Position numbers and translations under genes: made by a program. Under the pieces are notes generated by a model, which did not search any database, was not told the DNA's origin, and saw nothing but the letters and a program-made list of their open reading frames with translations. This document shows, in pieces, positions 1-11,919 of a DNA stretch of 64,000 bases (position 1 is the stretch's first letter; each line of letters starts with the position of its first letter). Source of the stretch: Mobula hypostoma (Eukaryota); contig NC_086107.1 in NCBI RefSeq assembly GCF_963921235.1, positions 114,454,001 through 114,518,000 on the forward strand. The letters run 5' to 3'.

Positions 1-630
1 CTTCCCGATGGCAGCGGTGAGAAGACAGCATGGCCTGGATGGTGGGGGTCCCTGATGACAGATACTGCTTTCCCACAACGGTACTCCATGTCGATGTGCT
101 CAACGGTGGGGAAGGTTTTACACTTGATGGACTGGACCGTATCCACTACTTTTTGTAGGCTTGTCCATCCAAGGGCATTGATGTTTCCATACCAGGCTGT
201 GACGCAACCGGTCAATATACTCTCCACCATACATCTGTAGAAGTTTGTCAAGGTTTTAGATGACATGCCAAACTTTTGCAAACTTCTAAGAAAATAGAGG
301 CACTGCTGTGCTTCCTTCATAATGGCGCTGGGCTTAGGACAAATCCTCAGAAATGATAACACACTGTGGCAGACCCTCTCCACGTCTGATCCCCTGACGG
401 GCTCGTGGACCTCCTCTCGTGGTCAATAATCAGCTCCTTAGTCTTGCTGACACTGAGTAAGAGGTTGAAATGGCACCACTCAGCCAGGCTTTCAATCACC
501 CTCCTAGACGATGATTTGTCACCACCTTTGATTCGGCCAACAGTACTGGTGTCATCAGCAAGCAGAAATATGATATTGGAGCTGTGCTTATAAAGTGAGT
601 CGAGCAGGGGTCTAAGCACGCAACCTTGTG
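1..630 (-). mobile_element. Decayed Rex1/Babar-type LINE fragment (RT C-terminal part)
   Basis: ORF 347-619: ADDTSTVGRI...LAEWC..N.LLSVSKTKELIID. Confidence 0.8.
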
Positions 631-1589
631 CATCTAATGGAGGAAAATGTCGTTGCCATTCTGAACTGACTGGGAAAGGAGGAAATCAGGGAAATCGAAG
701 GTCCAGTTGCACAAGGATCACTCACCAGTGGGAACCATCCTCAATACCAAATACCTCTTTCACCCTGCCTGCCCGTCCCCCCTCTCCGGGAACTATTTAC
801 CTGTAACCCATTGGACTCTTGTTTCATAACACTTTCATTCACTGTGAAAGTCCTAATCACAGTGCCCATGGTCTCCCTTCAGTCTCATACACTCCAAGGA
901 ATAAAGTTTCAACCTGCCCAGTTTGTAACCCCTCAAATCCCATCAACATCCTCGTAAATCTCCCTCTGCACTTTAGCTTTAGGCAGTGTTAAGGAGGTAA
1001 ATTGTTAGAGGGATGTAAGTTCAAAGTGAATTTTATTATCAGAGTACAAATTGTATGCAACCATATACAACCCTGAGATTCGTACTCAGCAAATCTACAA
1101 AATGGTAACTCTAACAGGATCAGTGAAAGATCAACCAAAGTGCAGAAGACAACAAACGGTGCAGATGCAGATATAAATAAATAGCAATAAATAATGATGT
1201 TATAAGATGATGAGATGTACAGACAGCCAGCACGTTTTTCCCAGGATGGCAATGACTGACTTGAGGAGGCATCATTTTAAGGTAATTGGAGGAAAGCACA
1301 GGGGAATATCAGAGGTAGGTTTGTTGCACAGAGTGGTGGGTGTGAGGAACACGATGCTGGATGCTGGTGGAAGCAGATAAACATATCTTAGACAGTTCTA
1401 AGAGACTTTTAGATGGGCACACGGATGAAAGAAAAATGGAGGGCAAAGTTGCAGCAGAGCATTGTGGGAGGAAAGCATTAGTTTGATCTTAGAGTAGGTA
1501 AAAAAGTGTGGGCCGAAGGGCCTGTATTGTTCTATACACTCTTGCCTATTTAATGGCTCCTCTCCTGTAGCAGGGCGGACCATAATTAA

Positions 1590-1810
1590 ACACGAGTAAC
1601 ACACACACAAAACAGTGAAGGAACTCAGCAGGTCAGGCAGCATCTGTGGAAAGGAGTAAACAGTCGACATTTCAGGCTGAGACCCATCTTCAGGACTGAG
1701 AAGGTGGGGAGAAGATGCCAGAATAAAGAGGTAGGTGGGGGGTGGGAAGGAGTCTAGCTGAAAGGTGACAGGTGAAGCCAGGTAGGTGGGAAAAGTCAAG
1801 GGCTGGAGAG
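1590..1810 (-). mobile_element. Penelope-like element terminal-repeat fragment with hammerhead motif
   Basis: Same sequence family as the segments following GIY-YIG remnants at 47200-47300 and 48450-48600. Confidence 0.65.
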
Positions 1811-2419
1811 CCCAGCATAAAGCCCTGTCTCCAGCCAACATCGCTGTCTGGGTCTTCGAGGCACACAAACCTCCAAACATGACAAGGTTGAGGTCCTCTT
1901 GGAGGACTTTAGCAATCTGAGACACATTGGTTATGCTTCAACAGAGGGGTCCATGAGATATGGTTCAGTTGCAGGTAGATGTGACTAAGCAGAAAATCTA
2001 GTTGACATGGAGCAGATGGGCCAAAAGGCCTGTTTTTGTAATATTCTGAAGCCCTCTTTTGGCCAACCATAGATATTACATCCTAGCCGTCTATGTGTGA
2101 TACACAAGCCAGAGCAGTGAGATATGGAGAGCAAGCTGCTGCCCATGTAGCAGGCTTCCCCTCTCCATGCATCTGATGAATCCAAAGGAATGGCAGAGAC
2201 CCGTGCAGTTTGCCACCAGCCATGTTACAGGAGTTGCCAGTCAGCATAGGACTGCCTTCGGGGCTCCAGCTCTAGACTTTTCCTCAGGGTTTATTCCCAA
2301 AGCCTTCCCCACTAATCAGGATTTAACACCATTAGTAATTCGTCCACCCACTTACCCAGCTGATTAGACACCCCTGCAAGTTTTGATCATCTTTTCACTA
2401 TCTACAGTATCTGGATGAT

Positions 2420-3425
2420 AATGTTCAAGGCACGATTAGTAAATTTGCAGGTAATATTAAAGTGGACTGTGTTGTAGACAGTGACTATGGTTATCAGATC
2501 TGCAGGGAATTTTGATCAGCTGGCTAAGTGTGCCAAGGAATAACAAATGGAGTTTAATTCCGATGTGTGAGGTGTTGCATTTTGGAAAGGCAAACAAGAC
2601 TTTAAGAGTGAACAGCAGGGCCCTAAAGAGCATTGCAGAACAGAGGGACTGTCTGGCTTTCATCAGTCGGGACTGAATACAGGAGTCGGGACGGCACATT
2701 ACAGTTGTACAAGATGTTGGCGAGACTGCACTGGGAGTATTGAACGCACTTTTGCTCTGGAGAGGATGCAGAAACAATTCATGGGGACGTTGATGGGCCT
2801 GAGTTATAAGGAGAGACTGGGCAGGATATTCCCTCAAGAGGAGGAGGCTCAGGAGTGAACTGACAAAGGGGTGTAGATGAGTCGGTTGGACAGTCTTTCC
2901 CCAAGGTAGGGACATCTACCAGAAGTCACTGGTTTAAGGTGAGAGGAGCAACTGTTTTTCCACACAGAGGGTGAGGCTGCACTGGGAGTATTGTGTTCAA
3001 TTTTGGTCACCCTGCTACAGGAGAGATGCCACAAAGATGTACAAAGTGCAGAGGTTTACAATGATGTCGTCAGGATTTGGGGGAACTGGGTTACAAGAAG
3101 AGGTTGGGGCGTTATCCCTTGGAGTGTAGGAGACTGAGAGGTGACCTTATAGAGGTGTATAAAACCACGAGGGGCACAGATAGGGAAATGTGCCGTTTTT
3201 TCTCCCATGGTGGGAAATCAAGAAGAGAGCACAGGTTTAAGGTAAGAGGGGAGATATCTAATAGGAACCCCCTTTCACCCAGAGGGTGGTTAGTATATAG
3301 AATGAGCTACCAGAGGAAGGTATATTTGCAATTAAAATATATTTGGACAGTTATGTGGATAGGAAAATTTTAGAGGGGCACGGGTCAATGTGGGAAAATG
3401 GGTCTAGCTGAGGTAACTGGAAAGA
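2420..3425 (+). mobile_element. Decayed CR1 LINE fragments
   Basis: Remnants such as LECRRLRGDLIEVYK and EHRFKVRG, with many frameshifts. Confidence 0.8.
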
Positions 3426-4384
3426 GGTACCTGCTTTTTTTTCTGGTGGGATTGTTGCTTGCTGCCACTTACGCACAGGAGGGAGGGGAGACTTTGGGGT
3501 TCTACCATTTAGCTGCCATTCATTCTTTGGGGCACTCCTGTTTTCATGGATGGTTGCAAGGAAACAGCATTTCAGGATGTATATTGTATACATTTTTCTG
3601 ATATGAAATGTACCTTTGAACCTTGTGCTGGAGAGGGCACAGAGGAGATGCAGAATCAATCAGCTTTATTATCACTGAAATTTGATGTTTTGTGTCAACA
3701 GTGCAGTGCAAGGCACAGGAAAAAATACCTTTATAATTTACAATATACAAAGAACAGTGCAAAAAAGGAATAGCGAGGCTGTAATTTTTGGTTCATCGAC
3801 CATTCAAAGATCTGCTGGCAGAGTTGAAGAAGCTGTTCCTGAATCGTTGAGTGTGGATCTTCAGCCTTCTATATTTCCACCCCGACAGTAGTAGTGAGAA
3901 GGAATGGCCCGCATGCTGGGCATCGTCATGATTAGAGGGCACTGGAGCCTGTATTCCAACCAGTCTGAATGCTCTCCACCATTTATCTGTAGAAATTTGC
4001 TGGAGTCTTTGGTGTTTGTCTCTTTTTTAAAAAATAGGTTCTTTAGGGTTTCTTTGTTTTGTGGCTGCCTGTAAGAAAATGAATCTCACGGTTGTCTAAT
4101 ATATACATACTTCAATAATAAATGTACTTTGACATATCAAATCTCATAGTGAAGTAAAGCCACTAGCGTCCTTCATTGTGATTGGATAAATGTAGTCAGC
4201 CCAGTATAGATCGTCTGACCAGGAACTTGAGGCTGCCCACCCTTTCCACCAAAAACTCCTCAGAGGGGATTGCTGTGTGCTCTCCCAACTTCCCCTTCCT
4301 GTATTCTGAAATTAGTTCCTTGGTCTTGCTGAGAGCAAGTGCAGTTTGCTCTTTCAACACCACTCAACCAGCCCATTAGCCTTC

Positions 4385-4845
4385 ACAAGATAAAGGAGAA
4401 GTAGGCCATTCGGCCCATCGAGTCTGCTCTGCAGCTCCCCCACGAGCTAAACTATTCACCCATCTAGTTCCAGTTTCGGCTTTTTCCCCATATCCCTTGA
4501 TACCCTGACTAATTAGATACCTGTCAATCTCCTCTTTAAACACCCTCAATGATCGGGCCTCCACAGCTGTATGTGGCAACAAATTCCACAAATCCACGAC
4601 CCTCTGGCTAAAAAAATTTCTCCTCATCTCTGTTTTAAATGGGTACCCTCTAATTCTAAGACTATGGCCTCTTGTCCTGGACTCACCCACCAAGGGAAAC
4701 AACCTTTCCACATCTACTCTGTCCAAACCTTTCAACATTCAAAATGTTTCTATGAGATCCCCTCTCATTCTTCTATACTCTAATGAATACAATCCAAGAG
4801 CCGACAAATGCTCCTCATATGTTAGCCCCAGCATTCCAGGAATCC
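4385..4845 (-). mobile_element. CR1 LINE 3' end, relatively intact
   Basis: [31 protein letters not shown]...RRNFFSQRVVDLWNLLP. Confidence 0.9.
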
Positions 4846-5204
4846 AGCTCTTGCTCATGTATGTCTCCTTGTTGTTGTTTGAAAGAGGAATGGAAAAAAT
4901 AAGGGCGGGGAGGGGTGTGTGATGGGAGAGGGGAAATTACTGGAAGTGGGAGAAATTTCAGTTCATGTCATCAAGTTGGAGGATACCCAGCAGTTGCTCC
5001 TCTAATGGGAGTTTGGCATCATCATGGCAGTACAGACATGTTGGTGTGGAAATGGGAAATCAAATTGAACTGGCTATCTTTGGTATCCCCCCCCAAAAAA
5101 GAGCCTCTTCAGGGTAGTGTCTCTGATGCCAGCACATTTCCAGATTTCCATAAATTGTTACGGGAGGAGGGGAGGGGAAAGATACAACTATACACTCCAT
5201 CTGT

Positions 5205-5610
5205 TCCGTCCTAGCTCTTCCAATATGGCTGTAGACTGTATAGCCAGGCGCAGCTCAAACACCATCCATAACTTTGCAAATGACATCCCTGTTGTTGGCA
5301 GAATTTCAGATGGTGATGAGGAGGTATACGTGTGTGAGATAGATGGGCTGTTTTAAGTTGTGTTACAACAATCACCTCTCACTCCACACCAGCAAAACCC
5401 GAGGAACTGATTGCAAAGTTCAGTAAGGGGTGGTGGAGGGAACACACTCCAGTCCTCATTGAAGGGCCAGCAGCTGCAAGTTCCTGGGCACCAACATCTC
5501 AGAAGATGTGATCATGAAGAAGGCATGACAAAAGCCCTACTTCATTAGGAGCTGGAGGAGGCCTGGGAGGTCTGGTATGCCACCAGAAACTCCTGCAAAT
5601 TTCTACACAT
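5205..5610 (+). mobile_element. Decayed Rex1/Babar-type LINE fragment
   Basis: CIARRSSNTIHNFANDIPVVGRISDGDEEVY, a degenerate FADDT region. Confidence 0.7.
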
Positions 5611-5704
5611 AGGTCTTTTGATAACCTTCCTATTAGTTGTTCTCTCATCCACAAACTTACAAACCATCCCACCTTTATTTTTCATCCATATATATTGCAA
5701 TTAG

Positions 5705-5995
5705 AGGTCTCAGCACAGTGGAGGAGCAGTTATTGAAAAACTTCACAGCACCAGTGACCAGGGTTCAATGCCCACCACTGTCTACAAAGAGCTTTATCTT
5801 CTACCAGTTGCCTTCCCTCGGCTGCTCCAACTTCCTCCCATATTCCAAAGATATGATGTTGGTGCTGGAAGCACAGCAACACTCGCAGGCTGCCCCGAAT
5901 GCATCCTTGGACCATGCTGCTGGTTGACGCAAATCACACACATCACTGTGTATTTTGATGTTGCAATATACTTGTGACAAATAAAGCTAATAATT
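5705..5995 (+). mobile_element. tRNA-derived V-SINE-like element
   Basis: B-box-like GGGTTCAAT followed by a degenerate V-domain-like core; related copies near 38080-38240, 39660-39855 and 52715-52915. Confidence 0.55.
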
Positions 5996-6029
5996 AATCC
6001 TTTTAGCTCTAATTCCTGCACAGTGCCTG

Positions 6030-6285
6030 ATACTTGAGGTTCAAATTGCTGGGTGCAAACCCTGATACAGATTGGGAAGGGACTTTAAGCATTCTCACTC
6101 CATCTGCCACAAAAGGAAGGTTCTCCTAGTGGCTAGCTATTTCAAATCCACTTCCTATTCAACACGTCTGTTCATAGCCTCCTCTAAAGAAAAGATGAGG
6201 CAAAATTCAGGTTGGAAGAGCAACACCTCATTCTGACTGGATAGCTTCCAACTTGGCGTGAACATTGATTGCTCTAACTTCCGTT
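6030..6285 (+). mobile_element. Penelope-like element GIY-YIG endonuclease remnant
   Basis: Degenerate VASYF.S...SVH.LL...RLEEQHLI, homologous to ORF 46787-47164. Confidence 0.65.
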
Positions 6286-6289
6286 GAAG

Positions 6290-7840
6290 GAAGAGAAGTG
6301 AGTGCAGTTGCTATTATGAGAGGAAGGTGCTCAAAAAGCTGAGACATAAAGGTGCATAAATCACACGGACCAGATGAACTGCACCCTTGGGTTCCAAAAG
6401 CAGCAGTAGAGATTGTGGAGATATTAGGAACCCTTCAAAAATATTGGACTCTGGCATGTTTCCGGATGACTACACAACTGCAAATGTCACTCAGCTCTTT
6501 AAGAAAGGAAGGAGGTAGCAGAAAGGAAATTATAGACCAGTTAGCCTGACCTCACAGGTTGGGAAGATGGTAGAGTCAATCATTAAGAATGAGGTTATGG
6601 AGTACTTGGTGACAGAGGACAAAGTCAGCACGGTTTCCTTAAGGGAAGACCTTGCCAGATGAACTTGTTGGAATTCTTTGAAGAGATTACAAGTAGGATA
6701 AAGGGGATGCAGTGGATGTTGTATATTTGGACTCTCAGAAGACCTTTGACAACGTGTCACACATGACGCTGCTTACCAAGTTAAGAGCCAATGGTATTAT
6801 AGGAAAGTTACTGGCATGGTTAGAGACGAGTGGGAATAGATCCTTTTCTGATTGGCTGCCAGTGACTACATGATCTGTAAGGGTCAGTGTTGGGACTGCT
6901 TTTTATGATGTGTATCAATGATTTAGATGACGCAATAGATAGCTTTGTTGCCAAGTTTGTAGATGATACACAGATTAGTAGTGTTGAGGAAACACGTTGG
7001 CTGAAGGAGGACAGGTAAGGAGAATGGGTAAGAAAGTGGCAAATGAAATACAATATTGGAAAATGCATGGTCATGCACTTTGGTAGAAGAAATAAGTGTG
7101 CTGACTATTTTCTAAACAGGGAGAAAATCCAAAAACCTGAGATGCAAAGGGACTTGGGAGTCCTTGTGCAGGACACCCTAAAGGTTAACTTGCAAGTTGA
7201 GTCAGTGGTGAGGAAGGCAAATGCAATGTTAGCATTCATTTCAAGAGGTCTGGAACACAAGAGCTGATGCTTTATAAGGCACCGCTGAGGCCTCACTTTG
7301 AGTATTGTGAACGGTTTTGGGCTCCTCATCGAAGAAAAGATCTGATGGTATTGGAGAGGGTCCAGAGGAGGTTCACAAGGATGATTCCGGGAATGAAAGT
7401 ATTATTATAGGAGCAATGTTTGACCCTGGGCCTGTACTCGCTGGAATTTAGAAGGATGAAGCAGGAATCTCATTGAAACCTTTCGAATATTGAAAGGCCT
7501 ATACAGAATAGATGCGGAAAGGATGCTTCCCATGGTGGGGGAAGTTTAGGACAAGAAGGCACAGCCTCAGGATAGAGGCATACATCAAAAACAGATGTGG
7601 AGAAATTTCTTTAGCCAGAGGGTGGTGAATTTGTGGAATTTGTTACCAAAGGCAGCTGTGAAGGACAAGTCGTTGGGTGTATTTAAGGCAGAGATTAATA
7701 GGTTCTTGATTGGCCATGGCATCGAAGGTTACAGGGAGTGGGGCTGGGGAGGGGAAGAAAGGATCAGCCATGATTGAATGGTGGAGCAGACTTGTTGGGC
7801 CAGATGGCCTAATTCTGCTCCTGTCTTATGGTGTTATAAG
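6290..7840 (+). mobile_element. 5'-truncated CR1 LINE (~1.5 kb) with frameshifted RT
   Basis: KSHGPDELHP, NYRPVSLTS, KFVDDT, MKYNIGKCMVMHFG, RNFFSQRVVNLWNLLP and a CR1 3' UTR. Confidence 0.92.
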
Positions 7841-8814
7841 GACGCTATGAGTTCTTCAAACATTTTGAGAGTTCTGATAAAAATGCCCAAGACTAGCAGA
7901 TGTGCATTTTAGGTAAGAGGGGATAAATTCAAAGATACATATGTGAGGCAGATTTTTTTTCAAAAAGAGATCAGTGGGTGCCTGGAATCCTTGCCAAGGG
8001 TGGTGGTGGATGCAAACATGATAGCAATGTTTAATGAGCCCTTACAAAGGCACATGGTGTGTGAGGAACGCAAACACCAGAAAACCTGCAGATGCTGGAA
8101 TTTCAAGCAACACACATCAAAGTTGCTGGTGGACGCAGCAGGCCAGGCAGCATCTCTAGGAAGAGGTACAGGAGGAAAGCAGGGATATAGACTAAACCAT
8201 GAGACCACACTGGATTTTAAGATTCTCTCTCATGTTCGAACATGGGGCAAGTGGGTTAATCAATCCCAAGTGTACACATGTGAAGGGTAGGAATGGGGGG
8301 GGGGGGCTGGATAGGAGAGAATGGATTAGCTGAACACTTAATTACCAGTTTAGTTAGCTCACCACTGCTTTATGTGACAGTAATAAACTATCACTAGTTA
8401 CTGATCTCCACCCTGGCAACCTTCCCCTCTTCCCCATCAATCCTGACTTTCCCTCTCTGGAAATTATTGACTTTTCCTGACCACAGAAGCTGCTTGACCT
8501 TCGATTTTGCTCTAGATCCAGCTGGAGTCTCTCGTGTCTTGTTTTCATGCCCCTGTCTGTGCCATGAGGACACTCCTCTCTTTATTAAACTAGCATGTCA
8601 CCTTACAGCAGTACAACAACCTGGTAAGACTGCACTTGGGAGTACAAATTGTGTTCAGTTCTGATTACCCAGCTGATTAAGCTGGAGAGGGTGCAGAAAA
8701 GATTCACGCGGATGTTGCTGAGACTGGGGGGATTGAGTGACAAGAAACTGGACAGACCAGTATTGTTTTTCCTGGAGCAAAGGAGGCTGAAGGGTGAAGA
8801 AGGGTTGGTTTAGA

Positions 8815-9620
8815 GGGACTAGATCGGAGTGTCAGCCCCCCAGGGACGGGAGGACAGCACCCCCACCCCCAGGGACGGGAGGGCAGCACGGACCGGATCG
8901 GAGTGTCGGCCCCCCCCCCCCAGGGACGGGAGGGTAGCACGGACTGGATCGGAGTGTCGGGGCCCCCCCCCAGGGACGGGAGGGTAGCACGGACTGGATC
9001 GGAGTGTCGGGGCCCCCCCCCCCCAGGGATGGGAGGGTAGCACGGACTGGATCGGACTGTCGGCCCCCAGGTACGGGGGGGGCAGCACGGACCGGATCGG
9101 ACTGTCAGCCCCCCAGGGGGGATGGGAGGGCAGCACGGACCGGATCGGAGTGTCGGGGCCCCCCCCCCCAGGGATGGGAGGGTAGCACGGACTGGATCGG
9201 ACTGTCGGCCCCCAGGTACGGGGGGGGGGCAGCACGGACCGGATCGGACTGTCAGCCCCCCAGGGGGGATGGGAGGGCAGCACGGACCGGATCGGAGTGT
9301 CGGGGCCCCCCCCCCCCAGGGATGGGAGGGTAGCACGGACTGGATCGGACTGTCGGCCCCCAGGTACGGGGGGGGGCAGCACGGACCGGATCGGACTGTC
9401 AGCCCCCCAGGGGGGATGGGAGGGCAGCACGGACCGGATCGGAGTGTCAGCCCCCCAGGTACAGGGGGGCAGCACGGACCGGATCGGACTGTCAGCCCCC
9501 CAGGGGGGATGGGAGGGCAGCACGGACTGGATCGGAGTGTCAGCCCCCCAGGTACAGGGGGGCAGCACAGACCGGATCGGAGTGTCAGCCTTCCCCCCCC
9601 CAGGGACGGGAGGGCAGCAG
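8815..9620. repeat. GC-rich minisatellite, ~50-60 bp units
   Basis: Repeated (G/C)AGCACGGAC(C/T)GGATCGGA(G/C)TGTC followed by C-runs and G-runs. Confidence 0.95.
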
Positions 9621-9914
9621 ACACCATAACAACAGTATCAGGGCACCTGAGGAGGAATCTCCTGATTTTAAGATTGAGGAGGTTTGAATGTAGGGATGGG
9701 TGCTCCTCACTAATTCTGCTAGCTTTTATAGATTACCTCTGGGATTTATGGCATAGACGCAGATCTCTTCGCCCGTCCGGTGGACAACAGCCCAGCTGAT
9801 GTAAGACAGCCCACCTACCCTCGCCACCCCTCCTCCATAGCTCCACTCCACTCACATCATCCAACAGGACCTCTGGGTCACAGAACACTGCGCAGGAGGG
9901 GAAACCCTGAACAC

Positions 9915-9935
9915 TTTATTGCAGTTGTATTTATT
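9915..9935 (-). terminator. Tandem AATAAA polyadenylation signals, probable FBXL19 3' end
   Basis: tttatt on the plus strand at 9915-9920 and 9930-9935, about 860 nt after the stop codon. Confidence 0.7.
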
Positions 9936-10164
9936 CTGATCCCCCCCCACCCCTCCCCACTCCCAGCTCTGACCCAGAGTCTGTTGTTCCAACAAGTGTA
10001 ACGATTCCGGTTTTCTTTTTTTTTTACAAAGTGGTCTCCACGAAATTTTTCCGTAAAATAAAAAAAAACAAGGAAGGAAACTGGCAAAATGCGGAAAATC
10101 AGAGGGAAAGGTAGGGATGGAGCGTAGGGATCGCAGTCTCTGCGGCGAGATTATTGTCTTTAAA

Positions 10165-10735
10165 ACTGGAGTTTCTTCTGGTGAAACTGTACGCTGTCCC
10201 ATCTCTCTCTCTTTCCTGGTGAATCTCTCTTTCCCGATCGATCTTTCCGGGGCCCAGAGGTCCCATGCCTCTCTGGATGAATCTTTCTACTGTGCCATTG
10301 CCCGAGGAATCTTTCCAGGACGTAGGGGCCCGTCTCTCTCCTGATGAACCTGTCATGCACTGGAGATTGCTTCCATCTTCCGGTGAATCCTTCCGGAATC
10401 TGGACCCCGTCTCCCTCCTGGTAAATGACTCAGATTCCAGATCCTGTCTCTTTCCGGGCGATTTTGCTGGGGTCCAGATCTAGTCTCTCGCCCAGTGCCC
10501 GGGGTCCAGATCTTGCCTCTCTCCTGGGAAACGTCTCTGAGAACCTGGGTCCTCTCTCTCTTCCAGCGAGCATCCCCGGGGTCCTGGATCACGTCCTTCT
10601 CCAGGTGAATCTCCCCGGGATCCCAGACCCTCTCTCCCCACTGGCGAATCTCTCCAGGGGTCCCGGATCCTCTCTCTCTCTCTCCTGGTGAATCACTCTG
10701 GGGCCCGGTTTGCTCTCTCCTGGTGAAGCCCTCAG
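10165..10735. repeat. Degenerate ~38-bp tandem repeat in FBXL19 3' UTR
   Basis: Recurring TCTCTCCTGGTGAATCT-like motif (for example at 10215, 10380, 10417, 10601, 10684, 10719). Confidence 0.75.
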
Positions 10736-10790
10736 CCCCTGTCCTGGGGGACTCAGCGCTCCCTGCCTACCCCCTCCTCAGCAGCCGCCG

Positions 10791-10972
10791 TTAGCTGTTG
10801 CGGAGGATGAGTTTGTCCTCGGCGCAGCGGAAGGAGGCAGGGGGGGCCGAGTCCTCGGCAAAGCGCTGACACGCCTCCACCGTCACCTGTCTGCAGGAGC
10901 GCAGGTCAATGCGACAGAGGTTGGGGCATCGGCGGAACAGGGGCAGGCAGTGGTCTGTGAGCCGAGGGCAGC
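10791..10972 (-). CDS. FBXL19: FBXL19 exon 10, last coding exon
   Basis: ccccag|(G)[37 protein letters not shown]...[30 protein letters not shown] is characteristic of FBXL19. Confidence 0.95.
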
Positions 10973-11193
10973 CTGGGGAGAAAGACACATTAGTGTAAAA
11001 AGGACACAACTAATCAGAGGGAGCGTGAGGGGAGGGGACAGGCGTGCGAAGGGAGAGGCACACATACTTTGCACGGCAGGGGGAGGACTGTGGGCGGACT
11101 GGGGGGAGGGGCCAGTCTAGGGATGGACGGGGGGTGGGGGGCTGGCCTAGGATGGACGAATGGGGGTGGTGGAGGGCCAGTGCGTGGACGTAC

Positions 11194-11412
11194 CAGACAG
11201 GTTGAGCTCCCTCAGGCTCTCGCGCAGTGGACAGGTGACGGCGGTCAGCAGGTTGACCGATTGGTCCCCCACCTGACCACACTGGCTGAGGTCAAGGCGC
11301 CGTAGACGGGGCAGGGTCCGGGCCAGCAGACGCAGCGAGGTGTCTGTCACCTCCAGACCTGACAGGCGCAACTCCATCACGTTCGGCAGCCGTCCCCGGC
11401 CCTCCAGCTGTC
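11194..11412 (-). CDS. FBXL19: FBXL19 exon 9, LRR
   Basis: cacag|(G)[29 protein letters not shown]...[34 protein letters not shown]|gtacgt; 219 nt, phase 1-1. Confidence 0.95.
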
Positions 11413-11530
11413 CTGTGGGGGGTTGGAGAGACAGGATCAGTCATTTAGGTCAACGCTCACCATCCTCCTAACGCATCACCCTCCCAACACGCACCCAATA
11501 CCTCCTCCCCCTCCCACACCTGGCACTGAC

Positions 11531-11692
11531 CTGGCCTGCTGTCAGCCGGAGGGGACAGCAGCTCGCGGAGCTGGGAGTCCTTGACGTCCTGCACCCAGCG
11601 CAGGTCGAGCAGTCGCAGGGATGAGCAGCTGGCGGTGCAGAGGGCCGACACCGAGGACCACGAACAGCCCGACAGGATCAGTTCCCTCAGCC
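11531..11692 (-). CDS. FBXL19: FBXL19 exon 8, LRR
   Basis: ccccag|(G)[53 protein letters not shown]|gtcagt; 162 nt, phase 1-1. Confidence 0.95.
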
Positions 11693-11919
11693 CTGGGGTG
11701 TGGAGTGGTGGGCAAGAGGTGGGGTCAGGTGGGAAAGAGACAGGGAGAGAAGGGCAGTGGGAGGGGGAATGTAGAGGGCACAGGCAGGGAGAAAGTGGGG
11801 GGACAAGGACAGAGGAGAAAAAGAGGGAAACATATGAAGAGAGCGAGGGAGAGGGAGAATGGTGGTGGGGGGGGGAGAGATAGCAACGAGAAAGCTGTTA
11901 AGAAGGCCGGCGAGAAGTA

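Noticed and set aside
2165..2200. CTGATGA at ~2173 as another hammerhead
   Set aside because: No stem II followed by GAAA and no stem I pairing.
8704..9799. Pro/Cys-rich ORFs of 110-307 aa
   Set aside because: Overlapping multi-frame translations of a GC-rich minisatellite.
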